From Aplysia californica (lineage: Eukaryota): a stretch of DNA of 64,000 bases. Below are positions 26,254 through 56,981 of the stretch, piece by piece. A program made the position numbers and the translations under genes. Location of the stretch: contig NW_004797486.1 in NCBI RefSeq assembly GCF_000002075.1, positions 659,836 to 723,835 of the forward strand, given 5' to 3'. Numbering within the stretch: position 1 is the first letter of the stretch; each line of letters opens with the position of its first letter. Under the pieces are notes generated by a model that was not told where the DNA came from, searched no databases, and worked only from the letters and a program-made list of their open reading frames with translations.

Positions 26254-26421
26254 GGGGTGGTGTGTGGGCGCTCTGGTGTGGTTTGCACCCTCCTTCCTAT
26301 CAAACACTTATCGGCGTAATTATCTCTCTCCTCTTTAAATTGTATAGTACTCTTTAATCTTCGGTACTTATATGACTTCTAAGTTGCTGGTGCCGCATAA
26401 AACTCTTATCTTTTATACTAA
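26254..26421 (+). mobile_element. Family A short retroposon, diverged; the only plus-strand copy
   Basis: GCTCTGGTGTGGTTTGC..TTCCTATCAAACA..TAATCTTCGGTACTTATATGAC..GTGCCG matches the reverse complement of the other copies. Confidence 0.8.
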
Positions 26422-26669
26422 GATTTTCAAAATATTTAGAACAAAAAATCGCAGTGTGTCAAAAGCATCCCAAATAACGCATTGCAAGCTTAGATCTACC
26501 TACGAGAGCGACCACTACTTTATCGTAATTCAAACCAACGCATTTCATTATTTGTTGCTGACCAGCTTTAATTTAAATCAATAATGACCGACATTCCCAA
26601 TACATATGTTTCTTTCAATATAGATCGTTTTTGTTGTTCATGCTGTTCTGTATCAAGTGACTGCGTTCG

Positions 26670-26670
<1 letters not shown>

Positions 26671-26722
<52 letters not shown>

Positions 26723-26760
26723 CGTGCGTGCGAACGTGCGTGCGTGCGCGCGTGCGTGCG
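26671..26760. repeat. Compound (TG)n(TGCG)n microsatellite
   Basis: Seen directly. Confidence 0.95.
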
Positions 26761-26904
26761 AGTGAGTGAAATTTGTTATTACAATATATCGCTGTGAAAA
26801 TATGAAATAGTGTAGGTTCCGATTAGTTCATTTAACAGGCGGAATCTCCCATTTTAAAAAAAAGTCCATCTCCAAATGATTAAGGGACTGAGCCAAATAG
26901 GACA

Positions 26905-26990
26905 TTCGTGCAAAGTGCCTTTTCCCAAGGACACAACATCGGACCGAGCTGAGGCTCGAACCCCCGAACCCGCAATCTTACGATTACGGG
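26905..26990 (-). mobile_element. Family B SINE fragment
   Basis: Reverse complement of the B box and GTGTCCTTGGGAAAAGGCAC core. Confidence 0.7.
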
Positions 26991-27021
26991 TAATGATTTA
27001 AACATAGGCCAATTATTTTAT

Positions 27022-28318
27022 TCTTTAACAAGTTTGACTTCACACATTTTAAGAGCGCGTAGCTCAAAAACTACAGATTCAATTACTTTGAAATTTTTAC
27101 ACGTCACGCAAGCTCATTGTCGTTCTTGAACTCTACTCACTAGGGTGCACTGATCTATCATTTTGTCTGACGATGTCATTCACGTGGTTTTGATATTTTG
27201 TCAAATACTGTGGAAATGTGTGGGTAACTTTAAAAACAAAAACTGCACACGCAAAGTTGGACTCCTTCCAAATTTTTCGCCAAATTAAAAAAGTTGCCTA
27301 TCTTTCTTTATCGATTCACCATGCTTCGCCTGAATGAATTAGACAAAAATCACACCGTCGAAATGCTTCAGGTGGGCACTCCGCTTTCGTTAGTCGCGAG
27401 AAGGTTCAACGTTAACAGCACACTGTGTATGCCACACGGGATCACACGGCAACGATAGGCTCCCAAAAGGACAGACCCAAGCGAGTAGGACACAGAAAGA
27501 CAAAACGGAGGATGGACGCAACCACCCTAACGCAACGCTTGAGAAATCAATTTCAACCGGCAAACAAAGACCCAGGATGAGTCAAAAAGACTTAGAAATG
27601 ACAGTCCGATATTTCTCATGACATTTCTTATTCGTTTAAAAGAGGGAAACCTTCGTGCTAGGGGCCCAGTTTGTCGCATAAACTGCAGCACAGACTTCGC
27701 TGGGCACAGCATCGCGTGTGATGGCCAAGGCAATATCAACCAAGTTCTCGAGTCCAATGTACTTTTATTTCAAAATCAAGCCCAATGACAAGTATTCATG
27801 CATGATAATGCACCTGCTCATAAGGCTGCTGTGACAAATCAATTTATCAAAACTAAGAACATTCCTCTCCTGCACCCATGACCACCACATTCACCAAATT
27901 TCAATCCGATTGAGCACTTGCGGGACATTTTGATCGCCCCATTCGTGCCAGACCACGCCGGCCACGTACCCTTGCTCAGATAGATCAATCCTTAATCCAA
28001 GAGTGGAATATTATCCCCCAATAGACAATACCTCGATTCACCCCGTTCATGCATCGACGATGTGAAGATGGGACAACGCCAGATGTCATCACACGTAACT
28101 GAAGTGAAAGCTGTCCCTTTTCATTTAGACCCCCGACAACTATATATGAGTTCAAAATTGAAGAGTAAAAATATTCTTAACTTTGTATTTCACTTCCACG
28201 TGTTTTCCTCGCAGTAAAATGAAAGCACTGTCTTATTTGAAATTTTCAGAGAGATTCGATAAGTATTAATCAAGATATTGCCTTTAATATGAGGTGTGAA
28301 GTTAAAAATGTTAAAGAG
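27022..28318 (+). mobile_element. Tc1-family transposon remnant with disrupted, internally deleted transposase
   Basis: Imperfect TIRs TCTTTAACA..ACTTCACAC; from 27321 MLRLNELDKNHTVEMLQVG..VARRFNV (HTH); HDNAPAH and PPHSPNFNPIEHL (DDE); LIQEWNIIPQ; stops and frameshifts. Confidence 0.85.
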
Positions 28319-28533
28319 TTATATGAACAAATTCAGAACTGAACAATCTCTTTGCTATGAGCATGCGAGACAGTATTGAATTTGTGTAAATATTATAAGT
28401 AAGTCTGCATTATGTGCCTGCTCTTATGCGCGAATGCTGCATCTATTTTAATGCAATTAATTATAGGCTACTAATATGTCTTGTAAAGTGCATTGAGCAT
28501 TGTAAATTGTGGAAATGTACTACAGTAGTACCG

Positions 28534-30006
28534 TAGTAGTCTCCGCCTAAGATCTCACCGCTTACAATCCTGGTTCTCTTGTTAAGATTCTGCTGTTTTA
28601 AGAAAACATATTTTTTTGCTTCACATAAGTCAGCCTCTAAGATTCCACACTGAAAGATGTCGCATTTAAGTTTTGTTTTAAGCTCCTTGGTTTGGGATAA
28701 TAAATTATGGGAAAAAAACCTCGGACGGGCGCAACTGATCTTCAACCAAGCAGTAACATTTGCGATCATTGTACTGCCCGTTGCGTCACAGATCATCCAC
28801 TCGTGAATAATAATAATGATCACATCTCCGTTGTAACGGTAGGCTACAATGTTTGTCCCAGACGAGATCACACAAACGTATGAACTCGTAGACGTGTTTG
28901 TTTTCCTCAATTACTATCGCACTCGCATCTGAGCTCTCCACCTAAACTTACACCACAAAAGCTGGGCCAGTAGGGCCTTATAACTTATTATAAGTCAAGG
29001 TCAGGCGGGATCACATCGAATTGTGAACTCTTCGCTGCTTCTGTTTTCCTGACCACTGCAGCAGTTGTCTCTGCATTCCAGTTTAAAAAAAAATTTTTTT
29101 TTTTTGGTAAGTGTTTTACGGCGCTCGCAACTGCATAGGTCATATGAGCGCGCGGGACACACCAAACATTTTCACTTGACAGGAAATTTTGAATTTAACC
29201 GGGTGGCGGCCGAAGCCTACTCTTACCGATTTTGGACCACCAAGGGATCTTTAACGTGCGCCAAGATTTTTCACTCTTGTCCGAGAAGGCTAGGTGTAGA
29301 TCCTTCCTACCAGAAGATCAGGGGTGTGGCTGAAAGACAGCAGTAAGAAGCGGCCAGGTAGTTGTAGTAGAAAGGCTGCAGAAAGTCAGGAGCCCAGTGG
29401 ATGGGGCAAAGGAGGTGAGGGGGTGGGGAAAGAAAGTGGAGACGAAAGCAGACGACAGAATATTGCAAGAGACGAGGAAAAAAGGTGAAAGGAGACAATT
29501 TTAGAGAAGAAAAATTTTCAGTCGCTACTCAGATTCGAACCCAGGACCCTTGAATGAGAGGCGAACACCTTAACCTCTAGGCCATGAGAGCACCCCATCC
29601 AAATTTGCTATAGACAGACTGAATTTTAATCGGTGCGGTCACATCGCAATGGTGTGTTACCAGAGGCTGGGGAACTCAGACTCAGAGATAGCAAGCTATA
29701 AATTTTGAGCAGGTAAATAGGAGGAATCATGAGATCGGCGTATATCTCGAGACAACAATTTTATAATTGAAAATTGCATGCCACATGCCACTGTGATTGG
29801 TCATCAAGGTTTGCTCAAATTAAGTAATAAACCCACCCAGGGGTCATATCAGTTCATTTCAGATGAAAGGACACCATTTTACCGATTTTGGGACTGCCCA
29901 TGAGTCACCGTGGAGTATACCTTTGGTGCGTCGGATAAAATCCCCTTCGCCTAAGATCCAGCATTTTCTTTGCTCCCAAGCCCCGAAATCTTAGGCGGGG
30001 ACTATA
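28534..30006. mobile_element. Tigger/pogo-like MITE (copy 1), interrupted by a SINE
   Basis: TIR TAGTCTCCGCCTAAGAT; co-linear with 60601-61532. Confidence 0.85.
29094..29596 (-). mobile_element. tRNA-derived SINE with a Nin/Deu-like motif and the family-A 3' tail
   Basis: Minus strand: A box TGGCCTAGAGG, B box GGTTCGAATC, GCACGTTAAAGATCCC, then GCGCTCATATGACCTATGCAGTTGCGAGCGCCGTAAAACACTTAC(A)n. Confidence 0.8.
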
Positions 30007-30399
30007 TATATATAATATATACGTGTATATATGACATGTATACTTGTTATTATTGAGTATTGATACTGACAGTGTCATTCATCATAGGTGATGCAAGGTT
30101 TGAGTCTGGTATCTTTAAAAAATGTTATCCAGTCCATATTTGGTGTTAAAAAGACAAACCAGTAAATACATTCTTATTTTCCTTTACCTTCGTATTTCAC
30201 TTACATAGATCTGAGATGAACGTTTTGAGTAAATATTCCATAGCGAATTCACCCTTTACTGTAAAAATGTCTCCACACCAAGGCCACCATCGACATGAAA
30301 TTCCTCAACCTCTGCCAGTACATGATGTTCTAAAAACTAATCCTGGTGATGATTTCTCCACTATAGATTCTTGAAATGATCAGAGGCACATCCCCATGA

Positions 30400-30423
30400 C
30401 TAAAGTAATTTGGTCAATCGGTG
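30400..30423 (-). CDS. Candidate orphan terminal coding exon (HRLTKLL*)
   Basis: Acceptor gtattctgtcttgcttttcctAG; in frame with the donor at 32846. Confidence 0.35.
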   Translation of the reverse strand, partial: HRLTKLL

Positions 30424-30783
30424 CTAGGAAAAGCAAGACAGAATACAAACCAGACAAATAAATAAATATGAATACACACACACAAAATTTTCACAGCTGA
30501 ATTTATTTTTTGCTTTAACTTTCATTTCAATTCTGCCATAAAATTGATCATCAATGAGCAAACTGAAGCGTTGGTGTAGACAAATATAGTTGAGTAGTCA
30601 AAAATTGCAGATAACTTGAAGAAAAAAAATTCCTTATTATAAAATGAACAATCTAAATAACATATTTGTTAAAGAAATATAAATGAACCATTTACTATAG
30701 TTTCTAAAGAAATGCATGTATTTTAATAAATGCCCAAAAACCCTGGGAATGTGAGCACATTAAAAAAATTATGTATTCAATGA

Positions 30784-31595
30784 CAGTGGAGTATGCTTAA
30801 ACAAATCACGGTTAATCCGAAAACAGTGCTGAACCGAAAGCATAAAATTCCTTTTTTTTCTGCTTTGTCTTTGTAAGAAAACTATCAGTTGGCAGAGATG
30901 CTCCTATATCTAAACCGAAAAGAAATTTGAGGGTTATGTCGACTTAATCTTTACAAGCAACCCTTACTTAAAGAAAATCACCAAGTGTTACAAGCTTTGA
31001 GATAACTCAATAGAAAAAAGAGAAAGCACAAATGTCAATGATGGGCCAGAGAGAGAGAGAGAGAGGCATGGACAGTGTACAGTTTGCCTACATTTGCAAC
31101 ACACATCAATAGGCCTGCACACTGGGTATTGGCCCAGTGAAGCAAGGACAGCAAATGCACATCTGTCACGAGACATCATGTGTGTTGCATGATGTCACTG
31201 GCATTGGGCTTTCTCACTTTTCTAGTCTAGCGCAAAGCACAGCGCAGTGTGCTGCACCTACTCTTTTGTCAGTTGTGGGTGACTTTGACTGACGGATTCA
31301 GCAAGTTACAATGTTGAAGAGAAAAAACAATGCTTACTTTACTTGTACTTTACTTTTCCGATCCAGCGGTCATTTGATTTCTAGCCCTTCGGCCTGTTGG
31401 TAGCTTAAATTGCAGCTACTAAAAGAGGTTGATGAGAAAAAAACCCCAAAACTTTTCATAAAGTGAAATTTGCGACAAGCATGGCAATCCCAACTCTATG
31501 CTGTAAATAACCATCGCTATCTCTAAACTGAAAGTGCGGCTAAACTGAAGAAAATCCAGCAGACCCACAGATTTCGGTTTAAGCGGACTCCGCTG
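30784..31595. mobile_element. Tigger-like MITE
   Basis: CAGTGGAGTATGCTTAAAC ... GTTTAAGCGGACTCCGCTG-TA imperfect TIR. Confidence 0.6.
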
Positions 31596-32846
31596 TATAC
31601 AGGGACAGCATGAACATAGAAAACTAAAAAGGTACATTTTGATGTAACCCAACTAATATCTCTTTAATTTTTAATTATTGGTTAGCCAGAATTATGCTTG
31701 TGTCAAACACATTTGTCAATCCCTGACATGTTTAGAGTTAACCGTGCTCGACTGCATTTCTCATCACTTTAGTTAAAAGGTGCGGTGCTTGCCTCTCATA
31801 CTAATATTACTACAGTAAATGATTTGATCCCGAATATGTGCAGACAGACATACATTTGATTCTGGATTTTTTAAAAAGCTTTTCACACCAATGAACTTGA
31901 AGTACGTAGGAAAAGCACAAAGCTGTCTACGACATTGTTGGCTATCTCAAACTGTAGGGTCAGTGTGCACATCTAAGACAGCTTGACTGGTGAGAGTAAA
32001 AAAAAAAGTGCAGACCTGCTAGGGCAAAATTCAAAATCAGTACCTTCTAAAAACGGGAGAGATTGATTAGTGTAATAATCAAGAGCAACTTCGAAAACAG
32101 AGTTAGGCTCTGTGAGCAGTGGGGACATTGCATTTTAGAAAAGAAACAGGCCATTGCACAAAGGAGTTGAAAGATCTACAGCAATCTAAATGTCAGACAA
32201 ACAAGGGGAGCAAAAAGTATTAGACACAATATATTCTTCAGAGTTGTTTACACAGCTAGCTGTGGAATGTGGACACACTGTTACTAAAGACAAAGCCATT
32301 AACTGATATGAGCCTAATTCTAAGCATTTTAAAAGAACATATCCAATAAACATATATACAAACATGATGAATGGACAGGCAATCAAGAAAACAATACACA
32401 TTTCATTTAAATGACATGATCAGTTTACATTAATACCCCACTGAGAAATGAGCAAGCAATTGTAAATGTCGTAAACATTACACACCCATCAACACCATTT
32501 AAATCTTGTAGAGGGCACAAGTTGTTTCGACTTTAGTTTAACAGAGACAACCAAAACTGTGCGTTACACATCTACGCAGAAAGATATTTTCAATTTATCT
32601 TCACAGAAATCCACTAACACTGAAGAAACTATGTTTCAAACTGAACTTAAACCTTGTTAATGTGCAGAAATTCCTAAATCATTCTGATGATCACGACTTT
32701 TGTCATGAGGTCAGGTCACACAACTGCTACTTTGGTAGCTGCTGAGAGCCTTCGCTCGTCAAGTGCCGCGTGAGGAGGGAATCAACATCCAGGCTGTTGA
32801 GCTCGTTAATTGTGTACTTTTGAATAGAAAACAATACTGATCTCAC

Positions 32847-32875
32847 CTCTGCTTCATCCAGAGCTGCTCTGAGCT
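32847..32875 (-). CDS. Candidate orphan coding exon ((E)LRAALDEAE); reads through to a stop at 32727 if the donor is skipped
   Basis: Acceptor ctctgtcttgcttcttttgactcttcgtctatactgtAG; donor GAG|GTGAGA. Confidence 0.4.
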
Positions 32876-34047
32876 CTACAGTATAGACGAAGAGTCAAAA
32901 GAAGCAAGACAGAGGTTTAGACAAATAACCATGGCAACATTTAAAAATAAATTGAGCATAAAACTGTGTGTAAATCAAGCAAAAATTAACATCAAGAAGT
33001 TCTGGGATAGGCACACCTCTCAAAAAATCATGAGCTTTCACAATAGATTAAAACAAGATCAATGTAAACTTAATTCACAAGGAAGTAAACTCTCAAAATT
33101 TTTTGGGGGGGTGGGTTTTTTTTCATGGAGGGGGGGAAGAAAGTGAGGTATGCTCATCCCTGGCCTTCCTGTGTCCGTCTTTACATTAATATATGACAAG
33201 TGTAAGTTACAGAATTGCCAGAACAAGTTTTTTAAAGAAACATCATATTTCATGGCGCAAAGCACAGAGATTAGAAGCCCCCCCCCCCAAGAAAAAAAAC
33301 ACCTAGACTTTGGAAGTGAAAGATAACTGTTGGGGAGAAAGAGTGAGGTAACCAAAAAACAAAAACCCAACAAAAACTGACTTAAAAGTTTATGTTCTAC
33401 TCTTTGTTTTGCATGACAACAACCAAAAAAACTTACAAAACAAATCTTAGTCATGAAAATATAAAAGATTAAGAAGCAAATTTTTTTTTTTTTAATGGCA
33501 CATACGATGTAAATGGGACTGACACAACGCCACATGAGTCTTCTTAAGAATTCATTGATTGAAAAATCAAAACAACAAACCAAACCAGAATTCAGCAATA
33601 AATGCTGCAGAAAACGATTTTGATTTTTGTGCATCTGTTTTACAGAAAACAATGCCTAAGATGCATACATATGCTGGAACAAGGGAAGTTATGCCAAAAA
33701 AGTAAACGATACATATAACTCAACCCCTAAATTGCAGAAGCCATGCAACAAATACAAACTGATATGATACTTGCTTAAATCATTAGCATGTACGAAAGCA
33801 CACCAAGTATAAAATAATAGCCCTCAAACTATCTAAGGTAAAATGTAATTTCTTTTTAAAACTTGCAGAACAATGTAACAGGTGGAGAAAACCCAGGAAG
33901 GGAAAAGTAAAATACCATCATTATCACTACAATACAATAGACTACAATCACCAAAAACATCCGAAACAGTCTCAAACCACACATAAATAAACAAGTGATA
34001 GAAGTCCTGTCACAAAAAAAAAAATCAAAGCAAAGCCATATATGATT

Positions 34048-34299
34048 AACTGATCGCTTTTAAGGACAAGTGGGCTAACCCAGAATTCGGGGGTTTGTAT
34101 AAATCTTGACCTACATCAAAAGTGGGCATTGCACTACCCATGGGAGAAGTTGGTTTCATTGGTGTATATATTTGTTTAGTTAGAGAGAAAACTCTCCTTG
34201 TCTTTTAAAGAAACTGAACAAGGGGCAAAAACTTTACCTTCAATTTTCTCAAAACAGGATTTTTTGGGATAGCCCCTTTGTGCTTAAAAGCGACCAATT
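34048..34299. mobile_element. ~240-bp MITE (copy 1)
   Basis: TIR GGTCGCTTTTAAG, AATT-type flank; inverted copy at 58958-59203. Confidence 0.8.
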
Positions 34300-35040
34300 G
34301 TCACTATGATATATGAGCCACGACGCAGTAGATTCAAGTGCTCGTCAATTTTTGGTCATATGGAGTTATTGGTATTAAAGGTATCATCTTAAAACGTGTT
34401 TATTTGTTTTGCTGTGGTGAAAACATTAGGCTACCCATCTATCTTCAAAAGAAGTCGATATTTCGAACTGAAGGAGGTGGGGCACCTGGTTTCAGAGGCA
34501 AAATTAGAGAAAAAATGGTTGTCAGTTTGGTGACTTCCAAAGCTTGAAAATCCTTGGAAATTTCAACATTACATTTTTTTAGCCTTTAACCATCGTTTTT
34601 CAGCAAAAGCCACACAGCAATGTGTTTTTAAATGGACAGACACAAAAGGTGTTGAGCCAAAAAATAGAAATTCGATAGAAATTGCCAAACAGGAAGAAAA
34701 ATACCGTTTTCTTTTCTTTTTCATTATTTTGACGAGCGCCAAGTTTCACCACAATGCCTCGCATATATTTTTACAGACATTACCAACAAGTGAAGTTTTT
34801 CAAAAGATACTGTGTCTTCAAATACAAAAACAGTCAATAATGAGCAGAACTGAAATTACAGGGCTGCAACATACTCAAAATACTAGTCAGCCAACAGGAA
34901 AAGAAATCAGCCTGGCTGTAACCAATAAAGAAAAAAAAAAGCAGTAAAAGAAAGCAGTGTCATTCGACTGCTAATTGTGCTATCACCAACCAACCCACTA
35001 ACATCAGATCTACTGAGCCAATAGTCAATAGACAGCATTT

Positions 35041-35280
35041 GTGAGGCGTGCTGACAAAATGAGTTACTTCTCACAATCCACAAATGCAGATGTTGGCCAA
35101 AAAATCGACACTAGGGACACATTTCTAGGTTTTCTATTGATGGAATATTCATCGAGTACTAAATGCCTTTTGTTATTTCATACTTATAAATTGTAAAAAC
35201 TTAGCCAATAAGCATGATAATGTCTCTATTTTCATAGGGCTGAAATCCGAGAAGTAACTCATTTTGTCAGCACGCTTCAC
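35041..35280. mobile_element. MITE with ~32-bp TIR and 4-bp ATTT TSD (AWWT, Sola-like)
   Basis: GTGAGGCGTGCTGACAAAATGAGTTACTTCTC ... GAGAAGTAACTCATTTTGTCAGCACGCTTCAC. Confidence 0.85.
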
Positions 35281-37304
35281 ATTTGCTTTTCTTACTAACT
35301 TATGGCTTAACTGATTCAGCCCACAGTGCCGCTCACAGCGTCCGACTGTCTTATGTGTTATAATGCAGAGTCGGCTCTTCTCTATTGCTCCCTTTCTTCA
35401 CATCACTTTCCTCTATTCTTTTTTCCTAACCACTTACATTTCAACCCTTTTTTCTGGCGTAGTTAAATAGTATTTTCTATTCTGAATATTTCTATTTGCC
35501 AAACAAAGGGTTTATCAAATTAAAATATATTAACTTTTTGTGAGACCACCTGTGAGGTCATGAAGCGGTCACAAATATTTGTGTGCGGAGTCAAAATTAT
35601 CTGCAGGCTGAACCAGTTAACCTAAAGTCAGCACTGCTGCTGCTGATCCTCTTTGTACTGTGAATTCAGCCATGTGAAAACTTCAAGTGAAATGAAGGAT
35701 GTAAGATGCGTGGTCATAGGCAGATATCTTCGAGCAAGATACTTTTACAGTAACTCGAACCCAGTAAAAAGACTTCTTGGGAGATTTTAAAGACAAAACA
35801 TACAAAACTCAATTACACTCCTACTAGGCTTGCAGGCAATCAATACACACAGGTCTAGTCTTACATATGAAAGCGTGCTCTAACAAAGAGCCCAAAATGA
35901 CTGAAGAAAAAAAAAGACACAAAATTTCATTTTATTTACCTAGATTTGCAAGTTGTTCAAATTACAGGGTTATTGGGGAATATGTGGATGAGGAAGGTGA
36001 CACTACCAAAGACCCAGGGTCCAAATATGAAATGAGTAAGTTAGCATCAGACAGCGAGTCCACCGACACTAAGACTGATGAGACAGCTGTCTTGGCAAAA
36101 GATCTTAGCTGAAAATTAGTGCTGCCAGCAAGAACCCACACCCATGACAAAAAGTGGTTAAACAGTTTTGAATTAATTTCTCAACACAAGACTTTTTGTA
36201 CTGCACTTCTGTTATTTGAGTATTGTCGCTGTTATATATGGCCAGCCACTAACCTAAATTAATGCCTTGAAAAAGTGAACACTTCAAACAGTCCCTGAGC
36301 ATAGCAACGTGTGCTGCTTAGCCACATTTCAAAATGCAAAGAAAGAGAGCAGTAAATACAATTGTACATGCTTAGTGACAGCTTCATAGTTAACATAACA
36401 GAAATGCATGAGTCAAAACAAGGGGGGGCGGCGCGGGGGGCGGTGTCGCCTTCTCCCTTTTATCTGAGTACAAAAAAAATTGTATACTTAAATCAAGATC
36501 AGTAAGTAGATAAAAACTCTAAATAAAATACATGGCTAACATGATTAATAAACAATAATGCACTACAGATACACCCTAATTTTCCCAAGAAAGCATAAAA
36601 CTACTTTATAAAACAATATGAAAAAACCTATGCTCTTATATTTCCCAGATAAGCAAGGCAACTCTACTTAGTTAACTACAAAGGGAAAAAAAAAGAAAAA
36701 ATGGTAAGATTGTAAATAGCAAGTAGGCTTTGTTAGATGACAATATTCGAAAGTAAGCACAATGGAGTGCAGGAGTCCAATAGAAGTTTGCATGTTCATT
36801 ACAAACTTGATCCTGATATTCTTAATAAAAGCAAAATACAAGTGTATCAATCAATTCAGTCAAAAACTACGGTGGAAGATGGAATTCGGCATTCCTTGTC
36901 AAACCTTGTTAAACCGCCTCCTTTTATATCACCATGTTTTGCCAATAAACGTAAAAGAACGTCTACATAAACATACTATTTGCCACTTTAAAATGGCATC
37001 TGCCAAATGTCTAAGTTGTACACTCCTTACTAAACTAATGTAAATGTGTCCTGCAACACCACCAGAGAACTGGCAGCCAGAGGTATACACTGCAAAAACC
37101 ATGTACCGCACCCATTCAACAGCTATGCAGTGATAATCTCCCTTTCTCCCACACTCGACTTGCGAGCATGTACTTGTTCCCTCCTTGCCAATCCCACCTC
37201 TCTCTAAATAACATGTAATTAACCAACATAAAGACACTTGTCAAACACAGATCACACAGCAGAATCATTTCCCTTGATGTTGAGCAGCTGATGTTACTTA
37301 ACTG

Positions 37305-37645
37305 AGACCAGTGGTTAGGCTCTCGGACTCGCAACCGTAAGGTCGTGGGTTCGAATCCCGTCAGAGACCCAACGTTGTGTCCTTGGGAAAGGCACTTTAC
37401 ACGAATTTTCCTCACTTAACCCAGGTGGAAATGGGTACCCGGCTATAGACAGCGAAAGATCTTGTCAGTTTGTTAGTGTTTGAGCGCTTAATCGGCTGCT
37501 TTGCACTGTATGCTTCCCGGGAAGCTGAGAATGTTTCGGAGTGTTCTATGGTCTGCTGGGGTAATAATATAGTGTAAAGCGCATAGAGCCTGCTGTTGAG
37601 CGGGGATATGCGCTATACAAATGCTATCTATTATTATTATTATTT
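37305..37645 (+). mobile_element. Family B tRNA-derived SINE, near full length
   Basis: CAGTGGTTAG, B box GGTTCGAATCCC, core ..CCCAGGTGGAAATGGGTACC, tail GCGCTATACAAATG(TTA)n. Confidence 0.88.
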
Positions 37646-37746
37646 TAGAACATGTTTCACCAGCAGTCCCACTATTACAGTTTGCTGCAAGCTCATCCTA
37701 AGGACGGCAGTGGTATAAGAAGGTTTGTATAAACAATGATAGTACA

Positions 37747-38205
37747 TAACAAGACGGGTCACTTCTCTCTTTGAGCCAATTAAAAAAGTGTCCTCAAAAT
37801 TTGGTGGCGCCCTCTTCACAAAAGCGCACTCTTTGCGAACAGAGTTACCCTACTTGGGTTTTAAAAAATCAAAGTGAAACTAGCAAGTTTTGGGACAAAT
37901 TTCGAAAGAACGCTTTTTTTAAATGGTTAAGCTGACAAAAAACCTCTTCCGGTGATGGTTTTCTTCGTTTAATTTGACTTTAGAATGAAAGGCGAGAGGT
38001 CATTAAAATTAAAAAAACTAAAACTCCGCACTGAACGTACCCGAACTGCTGATGAATAGCAGTCGATCTGCGCACGCAAGGAGGTGCTATTCCTATTCTT
38101 CTTCTGGAAAAACGAAAGAGAGCTTCAAAACAGACTGCAGCGCCATCTGAAGCAAAGAGCATACTTTCTGCGGACACTTTTTTGGCTGAGTGGCCCATCT
38201 TGTTA
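37747..38205. mobile_element. MITE
   Basis: TAACAAGACGGGTCACT..AAAAAAGTGTCC inverted with GGACACTTTTTT..AGTGGCCCATCTTGTTA. Confidence 0.65.
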
Positions 38206-39090
38206 TTCACTATCTTTGGTATAAATAACGGGTTTCCTTTTCTGATACAAAAGAACAAACAAATTGTAACAGTGTAAAGCCAACTTTAAAACAACACAAA
38301 ACAATGGATCAGTAATTTGCAGATTGCATCTCCTTTGGTGAACAGGTGAAACACTTCCACAGTCATGATGTATATCAACACACAATGCAGCTATTTCTTG
38401 CTCCGTGGTACAGACTCTTAAAACGCAAAAGTCCAAAATACTGTATCCTTGCATTTCATTTCAGATCTTCACATCATATTTCATTTGTAATTGTCTCGAT
38501 AATCATGATGATACTATCAAAGGACACTTGTTTGAAGTTACAAAGTTATAGAAAAATTTTCTTAAGACATACAAGTTCTGAGATTCAAAATGATTTACAA
38601 AACACAGGGACCATAAAATCTGAGAAATTAACATAAAAAACCTTCTATATTGGATGCTGCCAACATGTAGACTGGGCTTCGTTTGGCTCGAGTTGTACGG
38701 CTGGCTGTAACAATCACTTCTATGGTGGCACCAAAATACCCCCAGTGACTTGGGCACTTGGGTTATGATCATGATGATGCACAGAGTAAATGTCCCAAGT
38801 GGCATGCTGACCACAGGCAATCTTGTTACAATGAAAGGCCCTCAAAAAGACAAAGCTACTGTTACTGATAAACATATTTTCAAGTCTTTCCTTCAGAAGA
38901 AGAAACACAGATATTTCTAAAAAGAATTCAATACAAAACAAACACAATAAACACATATTTCATGGTGCTCGCCGCTCAAATTTTCCTGTTTCATCACACA
39001 TTCTTGTTATGGCAGTCCGATCCTTTTCATCCCTTTCCATGCAGTAGTCACAAAATTGTTGTCACAAGCTCTGCAATTTTTCAAGCCTCA

Positions 39091-56643
<17,553 letters not shown>

Positions 56644-56981
56644 CTGTTGCAGAGCCAAATGAACAAGAGAGAACGACTGAATAATTATGTCATAAGCGGG
56701 TGTTTGTTTTAGTAACAGTAGTCTTTAGTACAAGAAGAAATTAAACAGAAGCAGTAAATTGCTGGTCGCAGAAATGTTTTCTGCAAAACTTGCTCGAGAA
56801 CATACCCCCATGACCTTCCACCTGAAACCCAGCATACAAACATTTCTTGATGATCTTTCTACACTCACTTATAATAGTATTATTAGAATTTCTGAAACAC
56901 ATCATTAACAGAAACACATTAATAAAGTAAATGTCCAGAGCAGTCCACAGCCAGTCAACACATTTCACTAGGACCATATTA

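Noticed and set aside
37305-37365. tRNA genes here and at 9428, 29520-29596 and 57650
   Set aside because: A/B boxes run into SINE bodies and tails, with no complete cloverleaf
38503-38820. ORF with a hydrophobic, signal-peptide-like start (MPLGTFTLCIIMII...)
   Set aside because: Lies ~300 nt past the CAD stop in probable 3' UTR; weak splice signals and no recognisable homology
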